Below are positions 62,398 to 64,000 of a stretch of 64,000 nucleotides of DNA, one piece after another. The notes below the pieces were generated by a model that saw nothing but the letters and a program-made list of their open reading frames with translations, did no database searches and was not told the origin of the DNA. This DNA comes from Leptogorgia sarmentosa. Its lineage: Eukaryota. Location: the NCBI GenBank assembly GCA_964658305.1, contig OZ210885.1, positions 6,572,001-6,636,000 on the forward strand, read 5' to 3'. The translations under genes were made by a program, and so were the position numbers. Within the stretch, counting starts at the first letter, position 1, and every line of letters begins with the position of its first letter.

Positions 62398-64000
62398 ATG
62401 GCATACTGTCCGGTATACGGTTGCAATAGTGACAATCAGAAAAATACAGCTGGAGTCCATTTTTTTGCATTTCCGAGCGGAAAATCGGCAGACCAACAGT
62501 GTAGAAGAAAAGCGTGGATTGAATTCTGCAAGCGTAAAGCCTTCAAACCATCAGCATGCACGAAAATATGTTCGCTTCATTTTGCGGAAAACGACTACGA
62601 ACCAGGACACTCGCCAGAGTTTCTCAAGCGCCTGCAATGTAATGAAACGTTTCGAGTTCAATTGAAAAGAGACGCATTGCCAACGTTGAAAAAACCACTA
62701 CATGATCCTGGCACAACCTGTAATAAAGCAAGGAGCTCCTCTCAAAGAAGGGCACGAAAGAAGGTAATAACGAATACGTTAATTCTTTCAAAGTCATAAG
62801 ACATCATCGATTCCTATATTTTTTTTTTTCTTTTGAAAAACTTACATTACATTTACAGAATGTCAATGAACTTGTGATGGCAACAGATTTGACTTGCGAA
62901 AACGAGGGAGATGAGGACAAAATCATTAGCTTACCACCTGAACCTGAGGAAATGTCTACCTTCACGATGAATCCTTGCAACTCTCGAAATATATCGACAC
63001 AAACACCCTTGCCGAGCGAGAAGAACACAAAAAAGACCCAAACTACGATAAACGCAACTTCCCCGATTTTTCAGCAAATTGCGATGCGACACGATAAAGC
63101 TACGGACACAACGGACTTAGACTCACACAGTGCTCAAAACCAAGAGGTATCCAGCAATATCGAAGTGACCATGCCCAGAGATATTGACGTAGAAAGCGTT
63201 ATTAGCAGCGGCAGCGAGGAATCAGACGATGATCATGCCCAGATACAAGCCGAATCATCTACCGAAAGCGAGGACATCTGCGGTGAAAATGAGGATGATT
63301 CTGATCACGAACGTTGGATTCTTCAAAAAGGAAAGACTCCACAAGATCAAGTGAAGATCGTAGTTTTTGAAGAAGCCATATTAAGAGCTTTCGAGAAATG
63401 CAGGCATTGTGGCTCGAAATGTATTGTAACGATGGAAAGTCGAATTGGGTCATCATGCAAAATCTCTGCCTCATGTGAAAGTGGTGAAAGCAAGCATCAT
63501 TTTTTTTGGTCAACTGGTCCCCTAATCAATAGAATGCCGGTTTTTCATTTGTTCTTCGCAACTGGAATTCTCGCCACAGGAATAGAATCAGCAAAGGTTT
63601 TACGGTTTTTTAATGCCCTGAAAATACCTAATCTGCAGCAACGCGAGCTATCAAAAATTTTAAAGAATTATGTTATTCCTGCCGTGTATAATACTTGGCA
63701 CAGAGAACAATCTGAACGAATAAAAGAAGTTGTAGGAAAATCAGTTGTGATTGCATCTGATATGTGTGTTGACAGCCCTGGTCATAGCAGTCTTTTTGGT
63801 TCTGGAAGTACCCTAGACATGGGACGCAATGTAATTTTAGATACACAAGTTATAAAGGTAAATATTAGTAGGTAAATATAAATAGACAACACAAATTGCC
63901 AATTTTCTTAAACTTTTTATGAATTGTTTTCAGTCAACTGAGGTAAAAAATTCAAATGCAATGGAGCTTGAGTCTTTAAAGCGACAATTGAAATTCCTGG
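62398..64000 (+). CDS. Kolobok transposase (THAP plus DDE), exons 62398-62763, 62859-63857, 63934->64000
   Basis: THAP C-C-W-CSLHF-ALPTL; CRHC..C..HHFFWSTGP; ASDMCVDSPGH; STEVKNSNAME; phase-0 GT-AG introns, no stops. Confidence 0.88.

Larger units (their letters stand above)
59820..64000 (+). mobile_element. Kolobok element, probably autonomous, running off the window; left end tentative
   Basis: TTAA|aggcaagacttcac candidate terminus; Kolobok transposase downstream. Confidence 0.5.

Overview
AT-rich eukaryotic DNA with spliceosomal GT-AG introns, probably from a marine invertebrate (cnidarian-like; inferred from the TE families). The window is almost entirely a nested transposon graveyard and I see no intact host gene. 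Recognisable remnants are Penelope-like, DIRS/Ngaro, BEL/Pao, CR1/L2-type LINE, solo LTR, two PIF/Harbinger, about seven hAT, three piggyBac, several Mutator-like, three Kolobok and P-like elements, plus KDZ-, Sola2-, Academ- and Maverick-like fragments. There are also two BEN-domain pieces, an RPA-like OB-fold pseudogene and scrambled PARP exons. Main candidates for novelty: (1) a hAT family whose transposase carries an N-terminal vertnin/OTU-like cysteine-protease domain, in two copies sharing an intron position; (2) a P-like element in which the usual C-terminal transposase module appears as a separate, convergent C2H2-finger gene; (3) a strong plus-strand bias of single-gene fragments, suggesting a uni-strand piRNA cluster; (4) a 70-bp TIR-only element with a 7-bp TSD. 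All family assignments are by visual motif recognition; no searches were run.
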